Shown in pieces: positions 1-12,600 of a stretch of DNA of 64,000 nt. Positions within the stretch are counted from its first letter, which is position 1; each line of letters starts with the position of its first letter. A model generated the notes under the pieces. The model saw only the letters and a program-made list of their open reading frames with translations. It was not told where the DNA came from and searched no databases. The position numbers were made by a program, and so were the translations under genes. This DNA is from Phoronis australis (lineage: Eukaryota; Animalia; Phoronida), in NCBI GenBank assembly GCA_002633005.1, contig NMRA01000015.1:489239-553238 (forward strand). The letters run 5' to 3'.

Positions 1-250
1 TCTTGTGACTGCCTGGGAGGTTGGTGCTAGGGTAGTGTCTAAGTATGACTTTTTGTGACTGCCTGGGACGGTGGTGCTAGGGTAGTGTCTAAGTAAGACT
101 TCTTGTGACTGCCTGGGAGGTTGGTGCTAGGGTAGTGTCCAAGTAAGACATCTTGTGACTGCGTGGGAGGTTGGTGCTAGGGTAGTGTCTAAGTAAGATT
201 TCTTGTGACTGCCTGGGAAGTTGGTGCTAGGGTAGTGTCAAAGTAAGACT
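1..250. repeat. 50-bp minisatellite x5 (continues off the left edge)
   Basis: tcttgtgactgcctgggaggttggtgctagggtagtgtctaagtaagact. Confidence 0.95.
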
Positions 251-404
251 TCAGTTGTATCCAGACAAGCTGACCTCTATTTTCACATTATGTTTCTGCT
301 GTTGGCAGCTTACATTCCAGTACATTTCCAGTCCTTGATTTTGCTTACTTTGGATGTATATAATACTCCCACTAATTATGTCTTATCTCAATTATCCATC
401 CTAG

Positions 405-640
405 ACATGCAGAGAATTTGCTGCAGTTGGACAACGGCGTCAAGATTCCTCCATCTGGCTGGAAGTGTGCCAAGTGTGACCTCACACAGAACCTGTGGTT
501 GAACCTGACTGACGGCACCATACTGTGCGGCCGGCGGTTCTTTGACGGAACTGGTGGCAACCACCACGCGGTTGAGCATTACGAGTGCAAGCGGTATCCC
601 CTGGCGGTCAAACTGGGTACTATCACTCCTGACGGAGCAG
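405..640 (+). CDS. USP5: USP5/13 exon, ZnF-UBP ([21 protein letters not shown]...LGTITPDGA)
   Basis: ctag| acceptor, |gtagg donor, ZnF-UBP motif. Confidence 0.95.
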
Positions 641-3600
641 GTAGGTGGAATGTTAATGCATATTGCTTTGTTTCTTTCTCGTGAGGTTGCAGTCCTTGTG
701 CATAGTATGTGCCAGTTCTGTGTACTTGTCGTGTTTGTTGTGGAGATATTGTAGTTGTTTCGTGTGTTATTTGAAAGTTTCTGTTCGTGATAGTTTTTTA
801 GCTTGACGATTAATTTACAGTTTTACTGTAGAAAAACTAAGCATTTTAAAGTTTTCATAACAAATTGGCAGATGTCCTAGAAGCAAAATGACTGGTCAAG
901 CTGTTTTCATACCTGAACACTAGATGGAGTTACAAGTGGACAAGCAGTTCTTGAAGACAGATTGGGCTGAAAATGACACAATCATTGTATGTTCTAATTA
1001 ACTCAAGTTATTTCAGAATTATAATCTTGTCACTTTCAACAGGAGTTAGTAGAGTTAGTAGAGTCTGCATTGAGATAGTGGAACTTTAATCTTTAATTTT
1101 TTTTTAAATCTTAATTCTTGTGCTTGTACTGTCTTCGGCTGTGCCATTGCCTTGTCATGCTCCCTGTTGCAGACGTTTTCTCCTACGATGAAGACGACAT
1201 GGTGGAGGACCCTCACCTGGCTAAACACCTGTCTCATTTTGGTATCAACATCACCTCTCTGGAAAAGGTAGGCGCTTCTTAATGCCATGCTCAGATGTAG
1301 ACATTTTATAAGAACGTAGCTAGGATGTTAGATTAGAAGACAAGTCAGATGCTTAGAACGAGCATTTGCAAAGTGTCCCGAACTTGTTATGTAGAATATC
1401 TTGATTTCATACTAAAGCTGAACAAAAATTATAAAAAACAAGTTGAAGTTCAAAGATTAGATTTCAGACCTAAATCTTTTGTCTTTTTTGAAAACTGCCG
1501 AACCTCTGAGATCATCAGTGTCCACTTTCAGACAGACAAGACAATGGTCGAACTGGAGATAGACCTGAATCAGAAGATGGGTGAATGGGATGTGATTCAG
1601 GAGGCGGGTAGTAAGTTAACGCCCCTTTATGGTCCAGGCTACACAGGCATGAATAATCTGGGCAACAGCTGTTACCTGAACTCTGTAATGCAGGTCCTGT
1701 TTACGCTGCCCGACTTCCAAAACAAGTAAGTTTTGGGGGAATGTAGTTTTTGCAAAAGATTGGACTTCCTTGTAATAACATACAAGCTGCATAGGTCATC
1801 ACAACCTACATAAGTGGTCAGTCTACACAAGTCATCAGTCTTCACAAGTCATCAGTCTGCACGAGTCATCAGTCTGCACGAGTCATCAGTCTTCACCAGT
1901 CATCAGTCTTCATGAGTCATCAGTCTGCATTAGTCATCAGTCTTCATGAGTCATCAGTCTTCATGAGTCATCAGTCTGCATGAGTAATCAGTCTTCATGA
2001 GTCGTCAGTCTTCATGAGTCGTCAGTCTGCATGAGTCGTCAGTCTGTGTTGCATTGTTTGTGCTGTTTTATAATCAGGACAAATATCGTTCTTCTTCATG
2101 TCAGAAGTACAGTACATGCCAAAATAATCGGACAATATAACCCTAAATTGCTCATCATGGTGAATGATCGTAAGTTGAATTCACATCACGATGGCGGTGT
2201 GTAAACGGAAATCACATGTGGAGTAGCTGACAATTTGTGTCTAGTCATGGAAGAAAAAGTTGTAGCTGTGCTGTGTACTGTGTCATTAGCTGTTGTGTGT
2301 ACTGTGTCAGTAGCTGTCCTGTGTACTGTGTCAGTAGCTGTGTTGTGTACTGTGTCAGTAGCTGTCCTGTGTACTGTGTCAGTAGCTGTCCTGTGTACTG
2401 TGTCAGTAGCTGTCCTGTGTACTGTGTCAGTAGCTGTCCTGTGTACTGTGTCAGTAGCTGTCCTGTGTACTGTGTCAGTAGCTGTTGTGTGTACTGTGTC
2501 AGTAGCTGTCCTGTGTACTGTGTCAGTAGCTGTCCTGTGTACTGTGTCAGTAGCTGTTCTGTGTACTGTGTCAGTAGCTGTCCTGTGTACTGTGTCAGTA
2601 GCTGTCCTGTGTACTGTGTCAGTAGCTGTTGTGTGTACTGTGTCAGTAGCTGTCCTGTGTACTGTGTCAATAGCTGTCCTGTGTACTGTGTCAGTAGCTG
2701 TCCTGTGTACTGTGTCATTAGCTGTTGTGTGTACTGTGTCAGTAGCTGTCCTGTGTGCTGTGCCACTCAATACTTTCTAATACGCGGTGTCAGTTTTGCC
2801 ATTTGTAGAACTAATTTTGTGTACCAGAGTTATGAACTTCTGTAAAGTTTACAATACTATGTAGCAAGTCATACATTCCAATGTCACATGCTGTGTGCCT
2901 GGTTAAGTCACCCCACTGACTGCACAACACTATGAGAATGGCAAGTCTGAGAGTTTAAACCAGGGTTGACATTTATCTCAGTACTTGTTATGTAGAAAAA
3001 GTGTTATAGTAAAGAAGCCTGCTCAGTTGGCGTTGATGTATTTTACTGCAATTTCTTTGAAGTGATACTATGTTATTTACTTGTCATAGGTATGCTAGGC
3101 AGGCTGAAGAGTACTTCAAGAATGCATCCTCCGATCCTTCGTCAGATTTCAATGTCCAAATGTAAGTTCATATTTTATTGTCTTAGATTGCTTTTGTTAT
3201 TTTGTTTTCATGAGTCATCGGGCAGGATACATGTAATACCCTGATAGTTTGAGCTTGTGAAGATTTTTTTTGTTGTTGCATACCATCCTTTCATTGGCCC
3301 AGTTCAAGCAACTCCTTAATAATAAATCAACCCAGTTCAAGTGACGCTTTAATATTTAATCAACCTACATTGGCTCAGTTCAAGCGAGTCTTTAATATTT
3401 AAGCAATCTACTTTATTCTCATTCACGCTAGGTGATTAGATTTGACAATGATATGCATAAGTTTGCAGAATTTTCCACAAACTTATTTTGCTCAAAATGT
3501 GAAATTTCACTAAAATGTACAATATGTAATCGTCAATTTTCAAGATGAAAACTGAAATAAATTACGTTTTTCACAATATTAAAATCAACTGTTATTTTTA

Positions 3601-6600
3601 CTTAAGTGTGAATGATTATCTAATAATAGTTATTCTAATTATTATTATTATTATTATAATTATTATCACACCAATTTATATTAGCTTTATGAGCCTGGGA
3701 TGAAGATAACTGTTGAATTTGTAGTGTTGTGGATCGCGATGTCCCAAGGTAATAATTATGTTTCTAAACCTACTAGTAATTATGTAGCTATGCACTCACT
3801 CAGCTAGTCCTGATGTCACTTCAGTCATTGTTTTTATTGATGCAGTGCGAAGTTGGGCCAAGGGCTGTTATCTGGAAGGTATTCGAAACAACCACCAGAG
3901 GGCATGGAATCTTTGGTGAGTTCAGTTATAAATCGTGTAGTGCATAGGCCATCTCTGGTGGACAAACGCTATGAAAGTAAATTATTAGTAAATTATTATG
4001 TAAGGACTAAAGAAATGAAGTACATTCAATTATTTTAAAGCCCAATTCAGTGAAATCTTCGAAAATAATTTTGGTTCATGCTTTCAGGGCTTGACTCAAC
4101 TTTTTTCGTTAACTTGCCTGTCTGACAAGTAAACCAAAAATTTCACTTGTAAAGAAAAAACTTTCTTGCCCAGATTATTGGGTTTTAAAGCCTTCAAGTC
4201 AACAATTACCTAGTCCTGTTGTATGCCATTAGATTTGGATTTACAAATTCTCTTTTCAAGTCAACCAACCTGTCACGTGCCTAACAGCAATGTGTACCTG
4301 CTGCCGGGCCGTCGGGCTAATGTTAGTGTTGGGTCCTGATTTTTATTTTCATAATGTGACAAATTAGCATAACCATGAACCCTAGTAGGTTAACTGATTG
4401 CTGCAATGAATGGGTTCATCACTGCTATTTATTCCAGTTGAAATTTTGCAGTTTTGCCTTGATCTAATTAGCGGTATATGGGTCTTCAGTGTCCAAAGAC
4501 CTCTCTTATATTTAAGTGGGCGTTAGCTGAAGTCTAGGCTCAAACCTTAAGCCTTATTAAAATGAACATACATTAGACGGTATTCACATTTGTTGTTAAT
4601 ACTGAAGTGCAGGAAGGTCTGATGATGTGGTCAAGTTAGATGTGACACAAGTAATGAAACTGTGTGAAACTGTTGTGTTTTACTTCAGATGCCCAATGGT
4701 ATACGGCCGCAGATGTTCAAGACATTGATTGGTCGAGGCCACCCGGAGTTCTCCACCAAGAGGCAGCAGGATGCCCAGGAATATTTACTGCACCTGTGTT
4801 CAGTTATCGAGGTGGGTGTCGGTATTGTTCAGCCATTGAGGTGGGTGTTGGCAATTGTGAATTGGGAACGTAAGACCAAATTTTTTTCTTTTGTCTTAAG
4901 TCACTTTCTGAAATATTCCCTTGCTGTTAAGATTGTCAACTTTCTCCACAAGCGTATTTGCCCTTCTAAAGCAGTGCCATTTTTATACTTTGTTTGAATT
5001 CAAAGTGGTTACATCTGACCTCTTGGAGTTCCCGCGCTGTCTACACTGTAATCTGAATGTACAAAGCCTATCCCTGGTGTCTAAACTGTAATCTGAATGT
5101 ACAAAGCCTCTCCCTGATGTCTACACTGTAATCTGAATGTACAAAGCCTCTCCCTGGTGTCTACACTGTAATCTGAATGTACAAAGCCTCTCCCTGGTGT
5201 CTACACTGTAGTCTGAACGTACAAAGCCTCTAGAATTTTTGTCTTTTCACCTATCTGTCATTAATTGGGTCACGTGGTTATGTCGTTTTAGTGAAATTAA
5301 GCAAAAAGAAAGTTACATTGATAGCAAAACAACAGTACCAATAACACAATCAAATTTTATTTGATATAAAAGTCCAAGATGAGGTCTCAAAAACACTGTT
5401 ACAGTTTTCTAAAATATCATTTCTTTTTTTTAATGAATATCACAAAGCCTTGTTTTTGATAGCCTCTCTTGCAAAAGTGGAACATTTTAAAAACAATTCT
5501 TAAGTGCATTATGGAGAGTTATCCATAAAGCATAGTATCTGAATGTTTCATATAGATACAATCAGCCGTTTCTGAGATATGATGTTCCGAACTTAGTCAA
5601 AGTTTTACATTTTTTCTAAGGGTCATGACCGTTCTGGTGCCTGTGTTCGAGTACTTTTGGTTGTCATTGCTTGAACATCATGCTCTGCTCGTATTGACTC
5701 CTTCAGAATTATAGAGCAAGTGTTTTGGATCAGTGAACTTAGGGGGCATGTATTAATCTACAGTGAGTGTTTTGGGTTTTAATTGGAGCTTGGCTTGAAA
5801 ATTTAATGGCTCCTTTCTCCTCTAGGTGGCAGCACCAGTCATTTGTTGTTGGCAGCTGTTGCATGGTGCAAGTGTCCTATAGCTCTTTAGAGCATCTCCG
5901 TCCGAGCACTTTTTCAACAAGCATCAAGTCTGGAATGTTATGCTACGAAGTAATAGTGTGAATATTGTATCCTAAATTGTAGAGGAACTGCCGAGGATCA
6001 TTAAATCCGACAGATTGCTTCAAGTTTGAAGTGGAAGAGAGGATACAATGTATACAGTCTGGAATGGTTAAGTACACAAAGCGGCCAGACTTTATCTTGT
6101 CATTACCTATTCCCATGGAGGCTGCCATTAATAAAGGTATCTAGCTGAGCTGAGTAATTGTTTTAAAACAGTCTTAACAGATCAGATTTCTTCCATACTA
6201 CTACATAAACGGGCTCAATATTCATGCAAATCTTTCAATTTTATTCACATCTATTAATGTCAGTTTACTGCCAGCCTTTCATGGAGATAAAGCTGGTTAC
6301 TGTTAAATCTCACCAATTTCAGGCAAAAATATTTGCCAAAATTTCCCTTTTATCATTAATTTTTCAAGGGCTTCCAACGTTGCTGTGAAATTCCCACAGT
6401 TTTCCAAAATATTGTCTGATGTTTGGTGTTGTCCACAACTTGCTACATATCATTTGTGGAAAAATCTACTTGTTCACAAACTATACTGCTGCACTTTTCA
6501 TTATTTTACCTATTACAGAGTGGTTTCCTTGTAGCCTGTACACAGCAATGTGTTTTCTTTGCTCATGGTGGTACTCACTTGACAAGACATGAGAAATTTG

Positions 6601-9600
6601 CCATTTTGGTGTATTTTAGTGTTTGCCTTTATTTTTACTCTGATAATAATTATTTTGAGGTCTTAGGTCTTATTTTCTTATTTTTAAGAGCACATTGGGC
6701 TAAAACAGTCAAATCTTGTCTTGGAATTCTTGGCACCGATGTGAATAACATTAGATGACTAACAGCAAATTAAACCATTATTTGTTTTTGTTCTGTTGTT
6801 GGTGTGCATGGACTATCTAGTTCTCGTATGCACCCACAGAGGGCAGTCATCATTTGTTTTTTATTCAGATGATGTAGCAGCCTATGAAGCAAAGAAAGCT
6901 GAACTTGAAAAAGAAGGAAAACATGTGTAAGTCATTGGTTGTGTTGTGACAGATAATGATGGTGTGCCTTGCACTGTGATGTATCTTATATTTTTATGGT
7001 AATGCAACTGATTATTCTCTTAGGCTTTCTTCCTTAGGTTAGTTTTTATGCTTCCACGTATTTATATGTGGGTGCCTATTGCCGTCATCTCTGCCTGGGC
7101 ATACGGGCGTCCGACGTTCGTGGCTGTATCTCCTAAACCCCTTGCAGGATCTTTGCAGGATCTTATGGAAATTTGGCAGGTGTGTTCCTATGGGGTTGAC
7201 GACAGAGGCCAACAAGTTTCGGACCGACTGAATACTGCTGTGCACTCTAGGGGCAATTTTAGTTTTTTACGTTTGCCTCTGTATCTTCAAAGGTCCTCGG
7301 CCGATTTTCAAGAAATTGGCATATTGGCATCTATTAATGAGATAATGCTAGCCTCCCATTTTCAGATGGATTCAAGCCATTTTGTGCCATCTAGTGGCCA
7401 TTTTTACTATTTTTGATTTTCCAACGACTTTGACCACCTCTTAGTGGCAGAGTTTTTTTGCGCCTATAGCTGTATCTCCTAAGCCCTCTGCAGGATCTTT
7501 ATTAAATTTAGCTAGTGTATTTATATGAAATTGACAACGGAAGACGACAACTTTCAGACTGATCCGGCAAATGGTCTGCACCCTAGTGGGTATTTCATTT
7601 TTCCGTTTTCCTCTGTTTCTCTAAAGTTCCTTGATGGATTTTCATGAAATGTGTATTAAATAGCTTTCTGTTAAAGAAACTGTGACATTTCCCCAGTTTT
7701 GATGGATTCAAAGTATTTTGCTCCATCTAGTGGCCATTTTTATGATACAAGTAAACACCCCTAGAAACGCACCATTTGCAGTGCATTCGTGGGCGCATTT
7801 CAACGCTCCACGATGCCCTTGTTAGGAGTGGCAATATTGTGCGAGGTTTCACGAGGTATCACCATGTGTTGTAAATGAAGTACGTAATCTCACCAGCTTT
7901 CACTTACCAGTACAGTACGAGACAAAATTAATCGGGCAAAATACCATTTGCTTGTCATGAGGGCTGATTCTATAACAGCACAAATTACCAGTAGTAACTG
8001 TTATTTAAGCAAGATGAACGCTGTAGCCATCTTAATAACTTTCCTGCGAATTCTCATTCATTCTTCATCAGTAGGGAGCTAGCTTCCACCTAACTGCCGT
8101 GACGGGGAGTTCCCAGTCATTTTGCTTGTACCATGCGTTACATACGTGATTTTTCAATTTTCCCAGTGATCCTAAGGAGTTAGTCCGTCCTAGAATTCCC
8201 CTCTCAGCATGTCTACAAGCCTACAGTGCCACAGAGACAGTGGAGGATTTCTTCAGTTCTGCACTACAAGCCAAGACCGTTGCCTCAAAGTGAGTATATA
8301 ACACTGGGTGCTTCTGTGTTCCGAAGAATAGTTTTGGGATAGCAGTAAGAATTGTTAGTCCTTTACATCATACCTCGTGTCAGTCATATCACGTGGCTTC
8401 TGTAGTTACGACAAAAAAGATCTCTATTCCGAGGGTTGCTGTAAACCACTGAATTATCAGGACCACCGTCGCTTCCAGAATTCAGACACTAGGTGGCATG
8501 TTGCCCAAATTTATGATGCGTAAGAGACTTTTTTTACACATACCATATCAGTGTGTGTAAAAAGTGTTTCATTGTGATTGTAAATGAAACAGTCAGAGTG
8601 GTTATGAGTAACCATGTATTTTCAGAACAACAAGGCTAGCAAGCTTCCCTGATTATCTGGTTGTACAACTGAAAAAGTTTACGGTGAACGAAGATTGGAC
8701 CCCAAAGAAATTGGGTAAGTGTTGCTGGCTCATTGGTGCTCATGTTGAGGGGGGGGCAAAGGTGGCATCCTTATTATTGGAAGATTAGGATTTAGATAAA
8801 TAGCTCCAACCCATTCAGTAGTTTTTCTCACAATGTCCATTTGGAAGAAGTAAATGAAAAATAATAAAAATCTCCTTAAAAACAACAGTTTTCGGGAACT
8901 ATCGTTAGACTGAGTGCAGGGATCCAGTAGGTGGCAAAATGAAGGCGGCCAGGCGGGTGAAACTCCTAAGCCAAAATCAGACGGGCCCACATTATTGCCA
9001 CCATATCTTGGAACAAATATAGTTGTGTTTAACCTTCGAATAATCAAGCAACATTGTCAAGTTCAGCTGCTTGTGTGGCCGTCCACACAGTTTAATCTAT
9101 CGTTTACACCTTTCGACATCACTTTTTTGGCTTAAGGAATGCCCAATAAGTGACTGGATATTCTTCTCAAGCTGCATACCGATTGATTGAATTACACATA
9201 TCAATACTGTTCTATCATTCTTATTACACAATTTCTCGAGCTATTGACTACATAAACTTTATTCGACAAGGTGTTGTTTGTCAGGTAAAATTGGCAGCTT
9301 GGAAACCCAGATGAAGGTGTGTCAAGAATGCTGTGTTTCAATTGGTCAGTTAAGCTGTCAGTCAAAATCCTGGCGACAGGTCAATTAGCAAAGTAATAAT
9401 ATGGTGACATCACTGGGTAAAGGACCTCTAGCGCCCTCTGTCTGATAGCAGAAGTCACCTTGCACAATGTGAAATATACCTACCAATCATTCTATCTAAA
9501 AATGTAACATTGTGGCAAGGCAACTTTACAGAACCATTCACTATTGCAATTATCTCAATAAAAGCCAGTCCCACAATTTGCATATGGAATTTTGTGTTAC

Positions 9601-12600
9601 AAGTACTTTAATATACATATTAAGTTCTGTTGAAGTGGATAATATTGACCTTTTATCAAAGTTTTAAAATGAAATAGTTCCTAATACATTTACAAAATTG
9701 GAAAAATTAATTGAAATTAGCCACTAAATGTATCTAAGGCTATATTATTTCTGATTTTCAACTGGCATTTTCTTTCAGATGTTTCTGTAGATGTCCCTGA
9801 TGAACTTGACCTTTCACCCCTACGAGGTCAAGGGTTGCAACCCAATGAGAAAGAGCTTCCTGAGGCTGCACCACAGCCCCAACAGCAAGGTTTGTTTTAA
9901 CAATATTTCATCCAAGGCTTGTTCATAAATTGACACAAACGCACTTTTTGTTTTGATGACTTCTTGATGACATTTTTCAAGCCATTTTAGGACATAATTT
10001 CTCATCGACATGTTAAGATTAGATACTGTTATGTTATACCGTCTGTCTTCCGTCACAACGGCTAACATCCATGGAGATACATAAGCGTCATGTCTTTGTC
10101 TTCCTTCACAGTGGCTAACTTCCATGGAGATACATGAGCGTCATGTCTTTGTCTTCCTTCATAGTGGCTAACATCCATGGAGATACATGAGCGTCATGTT
10201 TTTGTCTTCCTTCACAGTGGCTAACATCCATGGAGATACATGAGTGTCATGTCTTTGTCTTCCTTCACAGTGGCTAACATCCATGGAGATACATGAGCAA
10301 CATGTTTTTGTCTTCCTTCACAGGGCCAGCATAACCACACATGCTTCCAAAGTTTGCCCTTGTAAAATTTGCCAGTCTCTCAAAAACATCAGCTACAATA
10401 TGCTTTCTTCGTTTATCATAGTGCCATACCATGGCATGTCAACCTTATTGCCCTGTCACACTTTTTGCTAGTTGAAACGACTCAGCTAAGTCTCAAGATC
10501 AACTGACCCTACGACTGCCCACTTCCTTAATTACATCAGTTTTTGCGGCGATTGTCCGTTTTTTGATGTCCAGTTCCTGTTTGTCCCTAGAGGTGCACTC
10601 TCTCTGCCTCAGTACCATCTGTACAGAAAAAGTATAAAAATAGACTTGGTGCATTTTCAGGTGCAATGGGGAAATAAACATGTTTCTTTGTGAGCCTGGT
10701 TGGCTAATAGTTTATTGTCTATTGTGTAATTGCTTAGTACTTCATGTGTTATCCTCACCTGTTTTAATGTGTCACTCCATCCTATTTTGTGGCACTCACG
10801 ACACTTTTGAATGATGCTCGGACACATGTGGATTTTCAGTTGTGAACACTTCTAGGCATTGCCTGTAAATAAAAGTGACCTGTTTTTATAACTTGTCCTC
10901 AGTTAATCAATACTGACATTTGTACAAACGTTTTTCTACGCTGCTGTGCCGGTAATTTGCACTTAAAATATTTCAAGTGCAAGTACTTTACACTAACGGG
11001 GAATGTCAGTCGCTGTGTGCTTCCGGCGATATTGCTGGCGTTTGTGCACTTCCAACAGATTTGGCTTTCCAGTTATGGAGAATGCTGACTCTATTCTTTA
11101 TTTATGGCTGTTTTATTAACCTCTATGTGCCAAGTTAAGAATGGACCATGATGAGATTGTGTGGAGAGGCTGTGACTGGCCACAGCAACTCTTACCATGT
11201 CTGTGTCTGGCCACAGCAACTCTTACCTTGTCTGTGTCACGTACTTAATACTACACACACTGCCTCCATCTTGTCACACATTTTTCTACCTCCATGACAA
11301 AAGAGACTTTAATATGAAATGATGCACTGCTGATGCTTTTGCTTGAGAATAATTGTGAATTATTTCCTAGATCATTCGCAATCGTTAACATTTTATCCAA
11401 ACTTCTCTCCATCTGAAAGTTGACACAAAACGTTGAGATTTGTATAAACCAAGATTTATTTAGTACATTTAGCTGAATTTGTCATTGAGAAAATGGCTGC
11501 ATGTTCCTGTCAAGGTTTGACTGTTTCATCATATGTTTAACAATGAATTTGAAAAAGCTATAAAACATTGAATTTTATTTGCATGATGTCATAAGCCTAT
11601 GCAGTAAGTCTTGACCCTTTCTCTCTAAGTGGTTTGTATACTGGTCACCATGGCAATAATTGTGAAAAGTCCCTTAGAGACTTGAGCATTTGTCAACATG
11701 ACTTAATTTTTGTTTGCAGCTGTTGTGATAGACGAGGGGACTATCAGTCAATTGATGGATATGGGGTTCCCAAGGGAAGCCTGTCGCAAGGCCATCTACC
11801 ACACAAACAACTCCGGGGCTGAAGCTGCCATGATGTGGGTTATGGAACATATGGAGGACCCAGGTTAGGAACCTCAGGAGTTAATGATCTCCAGTTAATC
11901 ATCTGTCTTATATAGTTCACACAAATAATAAACTGTTACATTACTTAAAGTTCTGTTAAAAAGGAGACACTTTGCAAGCAATACACAAAATATCTTGCAT
12001 AATTTGGATCCAAATGGACTGAGAGATTTCATCCAAGTAAGACAAAATCTGACTTGTTGGAAAGCAGAGAGCACAAACTAAAACTCCCATACCACGAACT
12101 TTACTCTTTGTACTTGTGTTTTTAAATAGGAAAGTTATGAAAAGTTATTAAGAGGATTAAAACTTAGCATCAGCTTGTTTATGTATTACTTGCATATAAC
12201 TTAAAAATTTGTTCTGTTGGATTATGATGAGTTAATTACTGCATAATAAGTAACATCTGTGGTATAATCCCATTTATTGAGATTACAATAACAATCAAGT
12301 TCTTCATTGTCTTTCATGCAAGATGATACCACTCAGGCACTAGACTGTATTGTTTACCAAGATGATGTCACTCAGGCACTAGACTGTATTGTTTACCAAG
12401 ATGTGTCACTCAGGCACTGGATTGTATTGTTTACCAAGATGATGTCACTCAGGCACTAGACTGTATTGTTTACCAAGATGATGTCACTCAGGCACTAGAC
12501 TGTATTGTTTACCAACATGATGCCACTCAAGCACTGGACTGTATTGGTTATTGTGAGGCAGACATTTCTTGCCACAGAAGTGGTAGCTCATTAACAGACT

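Noticed and set aside
2186-2845. Four long overlapping ORFs (HRTATDTV, Cys-rich and similar repeats)
   Set aside because: Translations of a stop-free 24-bp intronic minisatellite
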